The position numbers and the translations under genes were made by a program. 64,000 nucleotides of DNA, taken from positions 248,001 to 312,000 of the forward strand of contig NC_045696.1 in NCBI RefSeq assembly GCF_009834535.1. Reading direction: 5' to 3'. Source of the stretch: Camelus ferus (lineage: Eukaryota). The notes below the pieces were generated by a model, which saw only the letters and a list, made by a program, of their open reading frames with translations, was not told where the DNA came from and did not search any database. This document shows positions 61,859 to 64,000 of this stretch, one piece after another (the stretch's first letter is position 1; every line of letters starts with the position of its first letter).

Positions 61859-62834
61859 AGGTTCCTCATGATTCCACGCAGGTGCCATGTTCCTGGCTGA
61901 AACAGCCCCAGAAGAGCACGTTCCAGTGCAGGGGACACCCGCCTGCCCCCACGCCCGGCCAGAGTGATGTCCAGCTCCTCATGATCATCACCCCTCTTTT
62001 CTTGTGCACCCAGGCTCTTGCTGTGGGAAGGCGTCTACACATGAAGACCAGCGTGGGAGGCCCGGGTGTGGACTCATGATTTCACAGATGCATCTGCTGT
62101 GCCCACCTGTGTGCACATGTGTTCGTATGTGTAGGTGTGTGTCTATTCACAGCGCACTGCTTTAGCTGGGAGCCGGAGGAGCAGTGGCACAGCAGTGGAG
62201 TGAGCACGCTCGGCACCAGGCCTCAGGCTTCAGTTCCTTCCTTGCTCCTTGAGAAGTAGCTAATCCAGGGCCAGGGCTCCGGAGCAGAAAGTGACTCTGA
62301 CGCACGTTATGACAGAATATAAGACAGTGAGTGAAAACGGTGTCACAGCTCAGCTGTGCCCGATCCCATCAGCTGGATGTGGACAATTTGTGCATCAAAA
62401 TAGTTAAGAAACATAATGATTTATAACATCTGAGAAAACAGAGGTCCATGAGTCCTTCCTGAAGACAGGTATTTATAAAGAAGGGAGGGAGGGAGGGAGG
62501 CAGGAAGGAAGAAGACAGAGTGCGGAGAGTTACCCGTCAGTGTCAGTGGAGTGCTGAAGTGGGGACATACTTCAGCACGATCGCAGTAAACGCTGCATCT
62601 GGCAGAATGACCCAGCGGCTGTGAAGTGTGCGAGAGAGTTAGATGAGGATGAGGTCATGCATGTGTGTGGTCCTCACACTGCCAACTGGGTGCACAAAAG
62701 GGTGACGATCGTGGGGAGCTGGACATCACTCTGGCCGGGCGTGGGGGCAGGCGGGCATCCCCCGCACCAGAACGTGCTCTTCCGGGGCTGTTTCAGCCAG
62801 GATCGTGGCACCTGAGTGGAATCATGAAAAACCT
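61859..62834. repeat. Inverted repeat, arms 61859-62013 and 62686-62834
   Basis: Hand alignment: ~150-bp arms, one 41-nt perfect block, 672-nt spacer. Confidence 0.93.
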
Positions 62835-62839
62835 GTATT

Positions 62840-64000
62840 TATCTCGAACACAGACACAAATCCTTAACAAAACTTTAGCAAATCAAATCCACAACACATA
62901 AAAAGGGTAACGCGCCACAACTAAGTGGGGTTGGTCTTGAGAATACAACTTTGGCTTAATCTTCAAAAATCTATCAATGAAATTTACTATGTTAATAAAC
63001 TACAAAAGAAAACCATATGATGAGCTTAACAGGTTAAAAAATCACTTAACAAAAATCATGATAAAAATTTTCAGGATATTAGGGAAAAAAGGAACATTCT
63101 CAACCTGATGAAGAGCATCTATGAAAAACCCACAGCTAACGTCACAATTAAAAATTGCAGAAATGGATACTTCCCCCTCAAATTGGAAACAAGACAAGTT
63201 ATGTCCACTCTCAACATTTCTAATTGATGTTACTGGAAGTCTAGACACTGTAATAAAGCCAGAAAAGTAATAAAATTTAAATACCATTTACAATAGCATC
63301 AAAAATATATTTTGAGATAATTTTAATAAAATATGTGCAATATCTATACACTGAAAGCTACAAAATAGTGCTGGAAAAGATTTTTAAAAGAGCTCAGTAA
63401 ATGGAGAGATATATATCACATATATCAATTAAAATACACAATACTGTTAAGGCGCCAATTCTCTCCATATCGATCTAGAGAGTCAATGAAATACCACTCA
63501 AAACCCAGCAGGAGTTTTGGTAGAAATTAACAAAGTGATTTTAAAATATATATTAAAATGCAAAAGAGCTGGAATAGCTAAGGCAATTTTTTCATGAAGA
63601 GTTGAAAAAAACTACACAATTTTAAGATGTATTACAAAACCACATATAAAAACCCACATATAAAAAGATGATGACAGTGTGGTACTGATGTAAGGACGGA
63701 CAGATGAAGTGGAGGATCAGGACACAGAGCCCAGACACAGGCCCAACGATCCTCACCAACGAGGCCAAAGAGACTCAGTGGGGATAGAACAACCATTATG
63801 TTAAATGATCCTGGAACAACTGAACATCCACGCAGAAAAGTGAACTCAGCTTCCTATCTTACACTGATAGTAAACTTAACTCAAAATGGGTCACATACCT
63901 AAACCTAAAACTATGAAATTCTAGGAGAAAATATAGGAGTAAACCTCTATGACCTTGGGTTAGGAAAATATATCTTGGATATGACACAAACATAGACACC
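62840..64000 (+). mobile_element. Old L1 ORF2 (RT region) remnant, truncated by window edge
   Basis: AAATCCTTAACAAAACTTTAGCAAATCAAATCCA, AACCTGATGAAGAGCATCTATGAAAAACCCACAGCTAAC, AAATGGAGAGATATA. Confidence 0.8.

Noticed and set aside
53940..64000. Intronic L1 fragments nearly all antisense to DIP2A
   Set aside because: Well-known antisense bias of intronic L1s

Overview
Mammalian genomic DNA, most likely camelid (alpaca/llama/camel), judged from a Vic-1-like tRNA-derived SINE. Two genes converge tail to tail. S100B (+ strand) has both coding exons here (1044-1181, 3456-3596; 92 aa); its promoter and first non-coding exon were not seen and probably lie upstream of the window. DIP2A (- strand) contributes its last 32 constitutive coding exons (61135 down to the stop at 13462, about 1310 aa, frame and splice phases consistent throughout); its 5' exons are outside the window. 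The ~7 kb between the poly(A) signals holds two abutting ERV LTRs, a tRNA-Ser primer-binding site, a leader/gag remnant and L1 fragments. The DIP2A introns carry many old L1 pieces, two hAT/Charlie MITEs, a SINE and a CA-rich minisatellite. Best observations: a 30-nt in-frame candidate microexon (PNRLGKLAEQ) in the second FAAL-like domain, a GC-AG intron, a ~150-bp intronic inverted repeat, a head-to-head L1 hairpin, two stop-free 3n introns, and apparent AT-to-GC-biased protein change. I found no convincing novel multi-gene system. Gene and repeat names come from recognising motifs from memory, not from database searches; old-repeat boundaries are approximate.
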